64,000 nt of DNA from assembly GCF_009914755.1 (NCBI RefSeq), contig NC_060932.1. One strand, given 5' to 3'. The translations under genes and the position numbers were made by a program. The stretch is from the human T2T-CHM13v2.0 reference genome, Homo sapiens. This document shows positions 49,731-63,928 of the stretch, in pieces. The notes beneath the pieces are model-generated. The model did no database searches and was not told the origin of the DNA. It worked only from the letters and a program-made list of their open reading frames with translations. The stretch's first letter is position 1, and every line of letters begins with the position of its first letter.

Positions 49731-50345
49731 GTAGTTTTCTTTTTTTGATGTGTCTTTGTCTGGTTTTTGGGATCAGGGTAATACTTGCCTCGTAGAATGA
49801 GTTTGGAAGTATTACCTTCTCTATTATTGAAAATAGTTTGAGTAGGATTGGTATTAGTTTTTCTTTAAATATTTGGTAGAATTCAGCAGTCAAGCCATTT
49901 GGTTCTAGACTTTTCTTTGCTAGGAGACTTTTTGTTACAGGTTTGATCTCATTACTTGCTATTGGTTGGTTCAGGTTTTGTATTTCTTCATGCTTCAGTC
50001 TTGGTAGGTTACATGTAACAAGGAATTTATCCATTTCTTCTAGATTTTCTAATTTATTGTTATATAGTTGCTGATAGTAGCCACTAATGATCCTTTGAAT
50101 TTCTGTGGTATTGGTTGTAATATCTCCTTTTTCATCTTTGATTTTATTTGTATCTTACCTTTTTTTTTTTCTTTATCTGGCTAAAACTTTGTCAATTTTG
50201 TTTACCTTTTCAAAAAATCAATATTATTTCATTGATCTTTTGTATTTTCTTCATTTCAATTTCATTTATTTCTGCTCTGATCTTTATTATTTCTTTTATT
50301 CTACTGATTTCAGATTTGCTTGCTCTTGCTTTTCCAGTTATTTAA

Positions 50346-50813
<468 letters not shown>

Positions 50814-52739
50814 CTCCAATTTTCTCCTTAATTTCTTTATTGATCTACTGGTCATTCAGGGACATATTGTTTAATTTTCATATGTTCCCATGTTCCTCTT
50901 GTTACTGATTTGTAGTTTTATTCCACCATGGTCAGAGAAGATGCTTGATATTATCTCAGGTTTTTTGTTGTTTTTTTTTTTTAATGTTTTAAGACTTGTT
51001 TTGTGACCTAACATGTGATTTGTCCTTGAGAAAGATCCATGTGCTAAAGAGAAGAATTTGTATTCTGTCGCCATTGAATGAAATGTTTTGTAAATATCTA
51101 TTAGGTCCATTTGGTCTACAGTGCAGATTAAATCTGATGTTTCTTTGTTGATTTTCTTTCTGACAGATCTCTCCAGTGCTGAAAGTCGGGTGTTGAAGTC
51201 TCTACCTTTTATTGTGTTGGGGTCTATCTTTCTAGCTCTAATAATATTTGCTTTATATATCTGGATGCTCCAGTGTTTGGTATATTAAAATTTACAATTA
51301 TATCCCCTTCCTGAATTTACCATATATCATTATATAATGACCTCCTTTGTCTCTTAAAGTTTTTATCTTGAAATGTATTTTGTCGGATATAATATAGCTA
51401 CTCCCGCACTTTTTTGGTTTCCATTTGCATGGAATTTCTTTTTCCACCCCTTCATTTTGTATTTGAGTGTCTTTATGGGTGAAGTGTGTTTCTGTAGGCA
51501 ATAGATCATTGGGTCTTGTTTTTTTTTGTTTTTTTTTTTTTAATCCATTCAGCCACTCTATGTCTTTTGATTGGACAGGTTAGTCCATTTATATTCAGTG
51601 TTATTATTGATAAGTAAAGACTTTCTTCTGCCGTTTCTTATTGTTTTCTCAATTGTGGTCTTCCTTCTTTTCTATTTTCCTGTCTTTTTTTTAGGGAAGT
51701 TAATTTTCTATGATGGTATTATTTAATTTCTTGCTTTTATTTTTTGTGTATCTGTTGTATGTTTTTTGATTTAATGTTACTATGAGGCATGCAAGTACTA
51801 TCTTATAACGCATTATTTTAAACTGATGACAGCTTATCACTGCTTGCATAAACAAGCAATCAAGAAAAATGAAAACTAACAAAAACTCTACACATTAACT
51901 TTACCCCCTTGCTTTTTAACTTTTTGTTTTTTCTATGTATATCTTATTGTACTGTCAATGTCTTGAAAAGTTATTGTAGTTATTGTCCTAGATTGGTTCA
52001 TCTTTTAATCTTTCTACTTAAGAGTAGTTTGTACACCACAATTACAGCATTACAGTATTCTGTGTTTTTTCTGTGTGCTTACTATTACCAGAGAGTTTTG
52101 TACCTTCAGATGTTTTCTTATTGCTTAATGTCCTTTTCTTTCTGATTGAAGAAATTCCTTTAGCATTTCTTTTAGGACAGGTCTGGTGTTGATGAAATCT
52201 CTCAGATTTTGTTTGTTTGGGTAAGTCTTTATTTCTCCTTCATGTTTGAATGATATTTTCACAGGATATACTATTCTAGGGTAAAAGGTTTTTCCCTTCA
52301 GAACTTTAAATATTTCATGTCACTCTCTCCTGGTCTGTAGTTTCCACTGAAAAGTCTGCTGCCAGACATATTGGAGCTCCCTTGTAAGTTTATTTGTTTC
52401 TTTTCTATTGCTTTTAGGATCCTTTCTTCATCCTTGACTTTTAAGAGTTTGATTAAATTTCATAAGATTGTCTTCTTTCGGTCAGATCTGGTTGGTGTTC
52501 TGTAAACCTCTTATACCTGAATATTGATATCTTACTCCTGGTTTGGGAAGTCCTCCGTTACTATCCTTTTGAGTAAACTTTCTACACCTATATCTCTCCC
52601 TGCCTCCACTTTAAGGCAAATAACTCTTAGATTTGACCTTTTGAATTTATTTTCTAGATCTTGTAGATAGATGTGCTTTACTCTTCTCTTTTTTCTTTTG
52701 TCTCCTCTGGGTGTGTATTTTCAAATAGCCTGTCTTCAA

Positions 52740-53013
<274 letters not shown>

Positions 53014-53379
53014 TTAGTTCTAAGACTATTGTTAATTATTGGGAAAGAAAGAGAACCAAGGGAAATAAAACCTCAGTAAGAAGACTGTTGTTCTTTTCAT
53101 AAAATCAAATGTTTTTAAAAGCCTAATTTTATTAGCATTTGGTGCTTGGACCATTCTCTTGAAAATGCTGAAGAAAGAGACATATGATAGCCTTAGTTTT
53201 TGTATCCTGATTCTGTCCTTTTGACCATTCCTTAATTTCCTTTTCAGGTTTCTCTTATAATTTGATTAGCCTAACTGCTTTCTTCACTGTAGTTCAGTTG
53301 CAGTTCTAGCTCTGGGAGTCCCCCCTACCCCAACACACACACAATGTTAGCTTATGTATTTTAAATGCTTCTCAATGTG

Positions 53380-54270
53380 TTTATATGGGTAAAGATGTCC
53401 CATAAATGTCCCTAATTTCCCAAATTACCATCTTCATCTTTCTCTTCAAATTCATTTTTTTTAGTCCATTTCATAAATGATTGTACCATTGTATCCTCTC
53501 AGTGCTTCAAACTATTTCTTCCTGTATCTTAAATCTATTTAGTTATAGAATATTATTTCTGTCTCTAAAATAAAATATTTTTAGAAATCTGTTACTCTTT
53601 TCAGTCTGACTTTTACTATCTCAGGTCATGCCTTTGTGATTTTTGTCCCAAATGCCTTAAATAATTTTAAAAATAGTGGTGCTAAATAGTGTTTACCTAT
53701 TTTGTACCCCAAATCCCCCAATCCATAGTCCATGCTCCATTCATTTTTATTTTCCTTAAATGCACACTTGAGATTTTATTTTTCCCCAGGTGTATTTAAG
53801 TCTTTAGTTGTATTTCATGCTCCCAGAATAAAAGATTAACTCCCTAGAATGGGCATTCATGATCTAGCCATATTCTCTATGTATTTTTGCTCCATCCTTT
53901 CAAAACTACTCATGTTCCTGAACGTATCATACTTTTCCTTATTTCCATGTTGTTGCACAAGGTGGTGTCTATTTCTGTGATTTTCTTTCCTGCTTCTTGT
54001 ATGATTGGCAGAATCCTTCTCCTTCTTTAGGACTCTGCTTAAAAATCGTTTGTACTGTGTCCCTTTTCCTTTCATTGTGAGGCATGTTAACCCTACCCTT
54101 TCCATAGTTTTAAAGTTGTACCTATCCCTTATTTTATAATTGTTTATTGCTGTTCCTCTTTCCCACTATCACCACAAGATTCCTTGAGAATGCTATTTTC
54201 CTTTATTCATCTTTGAACCTTGAGTCGCTAGCACAATAATTTGAACATAAATGTTAGTTAAAGAATGAAA
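53380..54270 (+). mobile_element. L2 relic
   Basis: Ends ...TTTATTCATCTTTGAACCTTGAGTCGCTAGCACAATAATTTGAACATAAATGTTAGTTAAAGAATGAA. Pyrimidine-rich L2-like body. Confidence 0.6.
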
Positions 54271-55104
54271 GAAAGGGAGAGGGAAGGAAGAGGATTGTTA
54301 TGTTGACCAAATTATATGCATAGGATAAAATGAAATATATATAGATTTAAATAGGCAAGTAAGACCAATTTATGACACCTGGTTTAAGCCACATACATAT
54401 CCGCAAGGCATAGGAGTAGAGAACACCTTGATTGATAATCCCAATAAACTATATGTGATTGTGAGGCAGTGGGCACGAGTCTGGGTTCTGTCAGGTTGTC
54501 CTGTGTAGAACTGGTGGAAGCCCACACAGAACTGGAATAAGAAACAATTTAGGCTTACCTGGAGAGTTAGGGTTGTCTGGGACAAGGGGAAAGGAATGCT
54601 TGAGAGTATCATCTACTTTGACACAGGAAAAATGACACAGGAAAAGGCTCTTCATAAAAGATAAAGCAGTTGTTTTTAGAATATATACTCGTTGGGGATA
54701 CTAACTTCATGGGCTACAATGTTGAAACAACTAGGGTTTTAAGTCATCAAATATGAGGAGTTTCATCTATAGCAAAATGTTAATATTGATTAATAAAACT
54801 TCCTTTTCTTCTCCCTCCTTTTTTGTTGATCCTACAGTGTCCCCAGTGATTCTATATTTTTTATATAATCCAAATAAAGACTAAAGGAATAGCATACATA
54901 AAATAGTATTACCCTGAAACATTGGAAACTAGTCCAGAAAACAGTTTTACCTGTCATTAGTAATCACAGTGTGTCTTTTATTGAGTACTATTTGGAGTAT
55001 TCTTTGATTTGAAGCATACTTTACAATAACTACTTCTGGATGAAATGGAGCTACACTTTGTAATAACTGCTTGGAAAATTAAAGACAGATATAATAATAT
55101 ATTT

Positions 55105-55560
55105 ATACATTTATTCAACAGATTTTGTATTTTTTAAGTGCCAGTCACTGTGCTTGGCATTGGATGTAATTTGAACAATACAAATGGTCTCTGATATGAC
55201 CTTGCATTCCATCCGAGGAGGTAATAAGCAAATAATTACATTATTATAAATGTTAATAACAAACAAGGTAATGTGATATAAAAGAATGGGAAAACCTAAT
55301 TTGATAGGGTGTTAAGAGACAGGGCTCTCTGAAGAGATCATAGAGAAGTGATCTAACCTGAAGGGGCAGCGAAGAATTTGATATATTGAAGGGTAGCTGG
55401 AGTATGGTCAACAGGGAGAGTGCCACTGGATGAGAATTCAGAGAGAGGCGAGAATCAGCTTGTATACAGCTTTGTAGGCTATGGTGAGAAGTTTGGATTT
55501 AATTTAGATTGGTAAAGCAGTGTTTAGGCAGAAGAATAACTTAATCTGATTTATCCTCTA
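55105..55560 (-). mobile_element. L2 3' relic
   Basis: CATTTATTCAACAGATTTT...GTGCCAGTCACTGTGCTTGGCATTGGA antisense terminus. Confidence 0.6.
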
Positions 55561-55604
55561 AATGCATAAAATCTGTAGATGTCTACATATATTGAGTGAA
55601 GGGC

Positions 55605-55907
55605 TTTTTTTTTTTTTTTTTTTTTGAGATGGAGTCTCACTCTGTCACCCAGGCTCAAGTGCAGTGGCGCAATCTCATCTCACAGCAACATCTGCCTCCA
55701 GAGTTCAAGTGATACTCCTGCCTCAGCCTCCCAAGTAGCTGGGACTACAGGCGTGTACCACCATGCCCGACTAATTTTTGTATTTTTAATAGAGATGGTG
55801 ATTCACCATTTTGGCCAGGCTGGTCTCGAACTCCTAGACTCAAGTCATCCGCCCATCTTGGCCTCCCAAAGTGCTGGGATTACAGATGTGACCTGCTGTG
55901 CCCAACC
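55605..55907 (-). mobile_element. AluS
   Basis: Poly-T followed by a full dimer. Confidence 0.93.
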
Positions 55908-56319
55908 TTAAGTTTTTATTATAAAAGTAATTATATCTTTAGTAAGTAGGTTTTGGAATATTAAAATATGGAAAGCAGAAGAAAAATAACTCACCACCAA
56001 ATCACAAACCGCTTGAAATTTTTTTAAACATATATCCTTCTAGGTTTTTATTCTACTGATACTTATTTGACATTTATTAAATTGTATTTAAAATCTCTGT
56101 TAATGTCACAAGAATGTTATCATTATCACATATTCTTCACAAGTATCTTTAAAAGACTACTACCATTTTGTTACATGGCTAACACCACAGTTTGTTGAAC
56201 CAGTCCTCAGTTTTGGACCTTTAGATGGTTCTATGGGAAATTTTTAATATTAAGCAATTTATTTCCTTAGCATAGATTTCTGGAAATGGAATTAGTAAAA
56301 AGGTATTAACTTTATAGAT

Positions 56320-58345
56320 GCACCATTTATTAAATAGGGAATCCTTTTCCCGTTGCTTGTTTTTGTTGGGTTTGTTGAAGATCAGATGGTTGTACATGTG
56401 TGGTGCTATATCTGAGGCCTCTGTTCTGTTCCAAGGGTTTATATATTTGTTTTGGTACCAGTACCAGGCTGTTTTGGTTACTGTAGCCTTGTAGTATAGT
56501 TTGAAGTCACGTAGCGTGATGCCTCCAGCTTTGTTCGTTTTGCTTAGGATTGTCTTGGCTATATGGGCCATGTGAACTTTAAAGTAGTTTTTTCCAATTC
56601 TGCAAAGAAAGTCAGTGGTAGCGTAATGGGAATAGCACTGAGTCTGTAAATTACTTTGGGCAGTATGGCCATTTTCGATATTGATTCTTCCTGTCCATGA
56701 GCATGAAATTTTTTTCCATTTGTTTGTGTCCTCTCTTATTTCCTTGAGCAGTGGTTTGTAGTTCTCCTTGAAAAGGTCCTTCACGTCCTTTGTAAGTTGT
56801 ATTCCTAGCCATATGCAGAAAACAGAAACTTGACCTCTTCCTTACACCTTATACAAAAATTAACTCAAGATGGATTAAAGACTTAGATGTAAAACCCAAA
56901 ATCATAAAAACCCTACAAGAAAACCTAGGCAATACCATTCAGGACATAGGCATGGGCAAAGACTTCATGACTAAAACACCAAAAGCAGCCTGTAATCCCA
57001 GCACTTTGGGAGGCCGAGGCGGGCGGATCACGAGGTCAGGAGATCGAGACCATCCTGGCTAACACGGTGAAACCCCGTCTCTACTAAAAATACAAAAAAT
57101 TAGCCGGGCGAGGTGGCGGGCGCCTGTAGTCCCAGCTACTCGGGAGGCTGAGGCAGGAGAATGGCGTGAACCCCAGGGGACGGAGCCTGCAGTGAGCCGA
57201 GATTGCGCCACTGCACTCCAGCCTGGGCGACAGCGAGACTCCGTCTCAAAAAAAAAAAAAAACAAAAAACACCAAAAGCAATGGCAACAAAAGCCAAAAT
57301 CAACAAATGGGATCTAATCAAACTAAAGAACTTCTGCACAGCAAAAGAAACTATCATCAGAGTGAACATGCAGCCTACAGAATGGGAGAAATTTTTTGCA
57401 ATCTACTCATCTGACAAAGGTCTAATATTCAGAATCTACAAGGAACTTAAACACATTTACAAGAGAAAAAACAAATAACCCCATCAAAAAGTGGGTGAGG
57501 GATATGAACAGACACTTCTCAAAAGAAGACATTTATGTGGCCAACAAACATATGAAAAAAAGTTCATCATCATTGGCCATTAGAGAAATGCAAATCAAAA
57601 CCACAGTGAGATACCATCTCACACCAGTTAGAATGGCGATCTTTAAAAAGTCAAGAAACAACAGATGCTGGCGAGGCTGTGGAGAAATAGGAACACTTTT
57701 ACACAGTTGGCAGGAGTGTAAATTAGTTCAACCATCATGGACGACAGTGTGGCAATTCCTCAAGGATCTAGAACCAGAAATACCATTTGACCTAGCAATC
57801 CCATTACTGGGTATATACCCAAAGGATTATGAATCATTCTACTATAAAGACACATGCACACATATGTTTATTGCAGCACTATTTACAATAGGAAAGACTT
57901 GTAACCCATCCAAATGCCCATCAGTGATAGACTGGATTAAGAAAATGTGGCCCATATCCACAGTGGAATACTATGCAGTCACAAAAAAGAATGAGTTCAT
58001 GTCCTTTGCAGGGATATGAATGAAGCTGGAAGCCATCATTCTGAGCAAACTAACACAGGAACAGAAAACCAAACACTGCATATTCTCACTCATAAGTGGG
58101 AGTTGAAAAATGAGAACACATGGACATGGAGGACAACATCACACACCGGCACCTGTTGGGAGGTGGGGGGCAATGGGAGAGAAAGCATTAGGACAAATAC
58201 CTAATGCATGTAGGGCTTAAGATCTACATGATGGGTTGATAGGTGCAGCAGACCACCATGGCACATGTATACCTATGTAACAAACCTGCGTTTTGCACAT
58301 GTATCCCACAACTTGAAGTAAAATTAAAAAAAAAAAAAGAAAAAG
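56320..58345 (+). mobile_element. L1PA8-10-like element with a 5' inversion (56320-56808 antisense, 56805-58345 sense) and a nested AluY
   Basis: ORF 56221..56784(-) and ORFs 57203..57478 and 57495..58019(+) are ORF2 pieces. 3'UTR has GGACAAATACCTAATGCATG...GATAGGTGCAGC. CTAG is shared at the junction. Confidence 0.93.
56988..57265 (+). mobile_element. AluYe5-type, about 20 nt 5'-truncated, inserted in L1 ORF2
   Basis: GGGCGAGGTGG, GAACCCCAGGGGACGGAGCCTGCAG and GACAGCGAGAC signatures. Perfect 15-bp TSD AAAACACCAAAAGCA at 56973-56987 and 57266-57280. Confidence 0.9.
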
Positions 58346-58564
58346 AAGTTCTGAGCTTTTCATTGTCAAAGCTGTCTATAATTATCTTTATTATTTTAGT
58401 AGTGTATATTGTGATTATAAAGTCAGAGGACAACTTTGGAACATCTTAAAGCATTAATTACTGACTCATAGTTTGAGGTTACCATTACATCTTCCTGGTG
58501 GATTCTGTGACAAATGAGAAATAAGACACATAAGTCAGATAGAAGGAGATAAAATGTTAACTTA

Positions 58565-58845
58565 GGCCGAGCACTGTGGCTCACGCCTATAATCTCAGCA
58601 CTTTGGGAGGCTGAGGTTCACTTTGGGAAGGATCACTTGAGCTCAGTAGTTCAACACCAGCCTGGGCAACATAGTGAAACATCGTCTCTGCAAAAAATAT
58701 AAAATAAAAATAGCCGGGTATGGTGGCACCCCTGAGCCTGAGATGGGAGGATCACTTGAAGATGGGAGATTGAGGCTACAGTGAGCTGTGATCATGCCAC
58801 TACACTCCATCCTGGGCAACAGAGTGAGACCCTGCTTCAAAAAAG
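58565..58845 (+). mobile_element. AluJ with a small internal duplication and deletion
   Basis: GGATCACTTGA...GAGGCTACAGTGAGCTGTGATCATGCC. CACTTTGGGA occurs twice in the left arm. Confidence 0.9.
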
Positions 58846-58869
58846 TAACAAAAGGAACTCTTCTGTTTT

Positions 58870-60450
58870 TACCAACATATTTACCCTTTGTTCTTCATTC
58901 CTTCTGTAGAATTAAGTTTATATCTAGTATAATTTCCTTTCAATCTAAAGCATTTATCTTATAGTTTATTGTAGCACAAATTTTCTGAAGACAAATTCTA
59001 TCATTTTTATTTTGTCTTCATCTTTGAAGGACATTTTCAATGGGTATAGAAATCTAGGTTGAATTTTTTAACATTTAAAATATTCTATTATTTTCTGGCC
59101 ACCATTATTTCTGATGAGAAATTATCCTTATCGTGATTTCCTTATATGTATTGTGTCTTTTTTTTTTCTTCTGGATGATTTAAAATTTTTTTCTGTGTTT
59201 GGTTTTCTGCTATCTGATGATGATATATCTAGATCTGGTTTCTTTTTATTTATTCTTCTTGGGGTTTGCTGAGCTTTTTTAATCTATTGGTTGATATATG
59301 TCAGTTTGGGAAATCGTTTTTCACCTCTGATATTATATTTTTAAAAATCTAATATTTTCATTTCACTCTTTTTTATACTTTCTCTCTGCTAAAATTTCCC
59401 TTCAATTCTAACATATTATCTACCCTTTTTAATTATTTGACATCTATATTATTATTAGAGTTGTTTTAAAGTCCTTGTTTGATAATTCCAATATCTGGGC
59501 CACTTCTGGGACTGGTGTATTGATTGTTTCCTCTTTTTATAATGAGTCATTTCTTCTGGCTTTTTTATATTTCACAGTAGTTTTTAATGTAATGTCAAAT
59601 GTTGTATATAAAGAGAATGGAGCCTATGATAAATAATGTTTATGTCCAAAAAAATACATGCCTCTTCTTTTGTCATGATATTAGTATAGTTCCGTTGGAT
59701 CTGGTCTTTGGCTTTTATTCCATACTTGAGCTGTATCTTATTCTTTTAAAATTTATATTAAGTTCACTACAGGACCCTGTGTTTTTTGAGAGCAAGATTA
59801 GGATCTTTGTTTTTGTATGGTTTGTAGTTTCTGCTTAGTTCTCCTGATACACCTTCAGAATTCCACATGCCTTGTTCACTTGTGCCTTAGGGAGGTATCT
59901 CTCTTAGTGCTTCTTTCTTTCTACCAGACACAGATTGCCCTTCCTGGTACTCAGTTTAAGGTTTAGAGTACGCATGAGATTTCTTTTCATTCTCCTGCTT
60001 CGCACTCAGACTTTATTCGTATCTATGGGCCTGCACTTCACCGGGGGTCTTTCTCATCTCTCCAGCCCTGCTTCTTGTCATTCTCATGAACAATTGATCG
60101 ACACCTGTGGAAAATAGATGGCAAGTGGGTGGGATCCCCTGTGTCTAGAGTTCTCAGTGATTCTAAACTATCATGCATCCCCCAACTGGGTCTTTTGACA
60201 TTTTTTTAAAAGTGCAGTTATTTTCTTCTTATCAACTTTCTTCTCCTTATCCTACTCTGCCAAGAATTATAGCCACTATTCATTTCTTCTCTCCTATAAG
60301 AGACCTTTGACTTTTATAGTTTTTATTCATTGGATTCCCTTAGGAACTCTGCTCTGATGAAAGCTGAAAAGCTTTGATAGATTACATGGCTCGTTGTTGC
60401 TACAATGGGATAGAATTCCCTTGCAATTTTCTACATCCTACGAGAAGAGG
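58870..60450 (-). mobile_element. Ancient L1M (MC/ME-age) 5'/ORF1 region relic
   Basis: TCTTCATCTTTGAAGGACATTTTCAATGGGTATAGAAATCTAGGTTG...TTTTCTGGCC...TTTCTGATGAGAA is typical antisense old-L1 ORF1. Confidence 0.6.
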
Positions 60451-61989
60451 AAGTAATGAGCTACCATACGCACATACCATACATGTATGTATCGTACCAT
60501 ACATACATAAGCTACAAATCTTATGATTGATTTATACTAAATTTGACAATTCCCCTAGATAAAGTTGCTAGTAGTTGGCAGCTCATCACTGCTCTTGCAT
60601 TTCTTAGTCTCTGATTCCCCTCTTGCCTTTATACATTACCTTTGTTTTTGAAGTAGTGATTCTTCTTTCATTTATTTTTCTTGTTTTCTTAACTGTTTAG
60701 CCAAAATTATCCAAATTATTCTTAAAAAATTAGAGTAGCACATAATTTCTTAGGAGCTATACAAATCTACAAATTTCTTTACTATAGCTGCTTAGTAGAA
60801 AAATAGTGAGTTTTAACAACTTAGATGTAAATTAATATGTTTGTGTTTTTTTGTCTCGTTCATTGGTTTAAGAAAAAACACAGGATACTTTTTCCTAATA
60901 TAACTTGATATATTATAGGACAGTCTCATTGGCTGGCAAGCTTCTATAGCTGCCAAGAGGCATGTATGTTTAATTTTAATACTGTGCATCTTCGGTCTCT
61001 AACTCTTATTTCGGCTCTCATTCTTCAGTGTAGGGTGTAACTGCAAATGACAGTGGCACCCTGATTTAACTAATGGGTGAAGGCTGAGAAGAATGTGGAT
61101 AAGTGAGCCATTTGGGCAGTGAGGAGAGCAGTAAACCACACTTTTCTCATTAGTTGTCTCCCAGGCTAAAATTAAACAGAATAAAATACTGCCAAATTTT
61201 AGTGATCTATGGTGGATGTGGTCTGTGTCAACTCAATATCAAACTAATTACCCAGATATTTATATGTTAGAACTTGTGTGCTATTTTTAAAGGTTGGTAT
61301 CTTGTGAATTGAGTATATGATGAAAATCTCTCTCTAAATTAAAGAGAACATTATCTCTAAATTGTAATTTCAACCAAATTGATGTTAAATCAATGAATTA
61401 CCCTCTTTTATCATCTATAACATTCGTAAATTTTAAGGCTGGCTGTAAGTCATGAGGTCGTTTTTGGTATAATGTAATCATATAACTTACATAGGTTGGT
61501 GAAGTATTTTTAACTTTTTAATTATAATAAAATAAGACCTTCAAGTTTAATTTTCCATTTGAAAATATTTATTATATTTGTTTTCCGTTTTCTCTCTCTA
61601 AAATCTCAAATAAAATGGTGTACCAATCACATGTTGAGAATTTGTTTGAAAATTCATTGAACACATTTAGTTTTAGACATATCTGAAAAGACTTCTGTAA
61701 CAATTTGTACAATATGGAGGTTATCTGTAATTTCTTAACATACTTGCATCTTGTCCAGTTTGCATACATTTAAATTTATATGCCATTTTGTTTACTAGGT
61801 TTTGAAATTTTTTCATCATAATTAAAAAATATATAGTATATAATATGGCCTGTACTTAGATGCATAATCTAAAAGAACATAATCCTGAGTTATTTAAAAA
61901 ATCAACTCAATATCTTTTTTCTTTCTTTACTGTTTTTTCAATGTAACATTAGGTATGTATAAAAATAGGTAACATATATGTAAGTATTG

Positions 61990-63900
61990 AATTAAAATTA
62001 TATAATGAATATCATTTACTGTTGGCTGAGAAGTTGGTCATAAATTTATTTGCTTTTATAGATTCTTTCCTTAGGTGATCTGTCTTTTTGAGTACTTTTC
62101 TGATCTTCTCTTTATCTTCACTTGTTTACAGCTTCTTTTTTTGCTTAGTGTAGATTTATTTTAATTATCCAGTTTAGGGTTTATTGGGCCTCCTAGATTT
62201 AAGGTTTACTATCTTTCAACATTTCTGTAAAATACTCAGCCATTACCTTTTTTAAAAACCATATTGTCTCTTCCCCATTCTCTATTATCTCTCTCGAGCC
62301 CAATAAGACATATGCTATGTCTTCTCACTCAGACCTCTCTATCTCTAACTTCATTTTAAAAGTTTCATTATTTTTCAATCTGGGCTTACATCCTAAACTA
62401 TCTTGTTATGTATCTTCCATTTCCTTAATTCTCTCTTCAACTGCATCTAATGTGCTTTTTAACATGTTTAGTGAGTTTTGTACTTCAACAATTTGTCATT
62501 TCTGTGATTTTCATTTTTCTTTAAAATCTACTTGTTGCTGATGCTTTCTCATAGTTTATCTTCATGATTTCATAAGTGTGTTTTTAAACATTTTATACAT
62601 TATCAGGGGAACCAGCCCCTGATAATTCAACGTAGGTTCTTTTCTATTTTCCCTAAGTGTCGGCTGGTCTTAGAAATAAAGAGAAAGGCTACAAAAGAGA
62701 GAAATATTAAAGCTGGGTGTCTGGGGGAGACATCACATGTTGGCAGGTTCTGTGATGCCCCCTGAGCTGTAAAACCAGCAAGTCTTTATTAGCAATTTTC
62801 AAAGGGGAGGGAGTGTATGAATAGGGTGTGGGTCACAGAGATCACATGGTTCAAGGGCAACAAAAGATCACAAGGCAGAAGGTCAGGGTGAGATCACAAG
62901 GTCAGGGTGAAACTAGAATTACTAATGAAATTCCGTGTCCCGCTGTGCACTCATTGTCATTGATAAACATCTTAACAGGGTTCAAGAGGAGAGAACCAGT
63001 CTGACTAGAATTCGCCAGGCTGGAATTTCCTAATCCTAGCAAGCCTGGGGGCGCTGCAGGAGGCCAGGACGTGTTTCATCCCTTACCTGCAACTGCATAA
63101 GGCGGACACCCCCAGAGCGGCCATTTTAGAGCCCCCCCCCCCCCCCCCCGGAATGCATTCTTTTCCCAAGGCTGTTAATTATTAATATTCCTTACTGGGG
63201 AAATAATTCAGTGATATTCCTCTTACCCGTTTTCAGTAATAAGAGAAATATGGCTCTGTCCTGCCCGGCCCACAGGCAGCCAGACTTTAAGGCTATCTCT
63301 CTTGTTCCCTGAAAATCGCTGTTTTCCTGTTCTTAAGGTGCCCAGATTTCATATTGTTCAAACACACATGCTTTACAAACAATTTGTGCAGTTAAAGCAA
63401 TCATCACAGAGTCCTGAGGCGACATACATCCTCAGCTTATGAAGATGATGGGATTAAGAGATTAAAGTAAAGACAGGCATAGGAAATTGTAAGTATTGAT
63501 TGGGGAAGTGATAAATGTCCATGAAATCTTCACAATTTATGTTCAGAGATTGCAGTAAAGACAGGCATAAGAAATTATAAAAGTATTAATTTGGAGAACT
63601 AACAAATGTCCATGAAATCTTCACAATTTATGTTCTTCCATCAGGGTTTCAGCAGGTCCTTCCATTTGGGGTCCCTGACTTCCCGCAACAATACATAGCT
63701 GTTTTATATTCTGTATTCTAATACCTTCAGTGCTTGAGGATATAAATGTTTTGTTCATTAATATTTTTGACTCTTATTAACAGTGGTTTATTTTCTGCAC
63801 TTCTTGCTGATTTTTTTGTTATGGGAAACATAAATGACAGATCATAATTTATGGGTGTCACATAACAATGAATTGGAGACTTTCTCAAAGTGACAACTTT
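61990..63900 (-). mobile_element. Ancient L1M ORF1-region relic interrupted by MER11
   Basis: GCTGAGAAGT...AAATACTCAGCCATTA...TAATTCTCTCTTCAACTGCATCTAATGTGCT, reading through across the ATACAT TSD. Confidence 0.5.
62601..63690 (-). mobile_element. MER11 solo LTR (HERV-K11/HML-8)
   Basis: The minus strand starts TGTTGCGGGAAGTCAGGGACCCC and ends GGGGCTGGTTCCCCTGATA. Perfect 6-bp TSD ATACAT at 62595-62600 and 63691-63696. Internal ~90-bp tandem repeat at about 63466-63635. Confidence 0.93.
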
Positions 63901-63928
63901 TTTTCTGCTTTTTTCTCATGTCTAGAGC

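Noticed and set aside
63466-63635. ~90-bp tandem repeat that could look like an array
   Set aside because: As I recall it is intrinsic to MER11 LTRs. Two units with no spacers, so not CRISPR-like.
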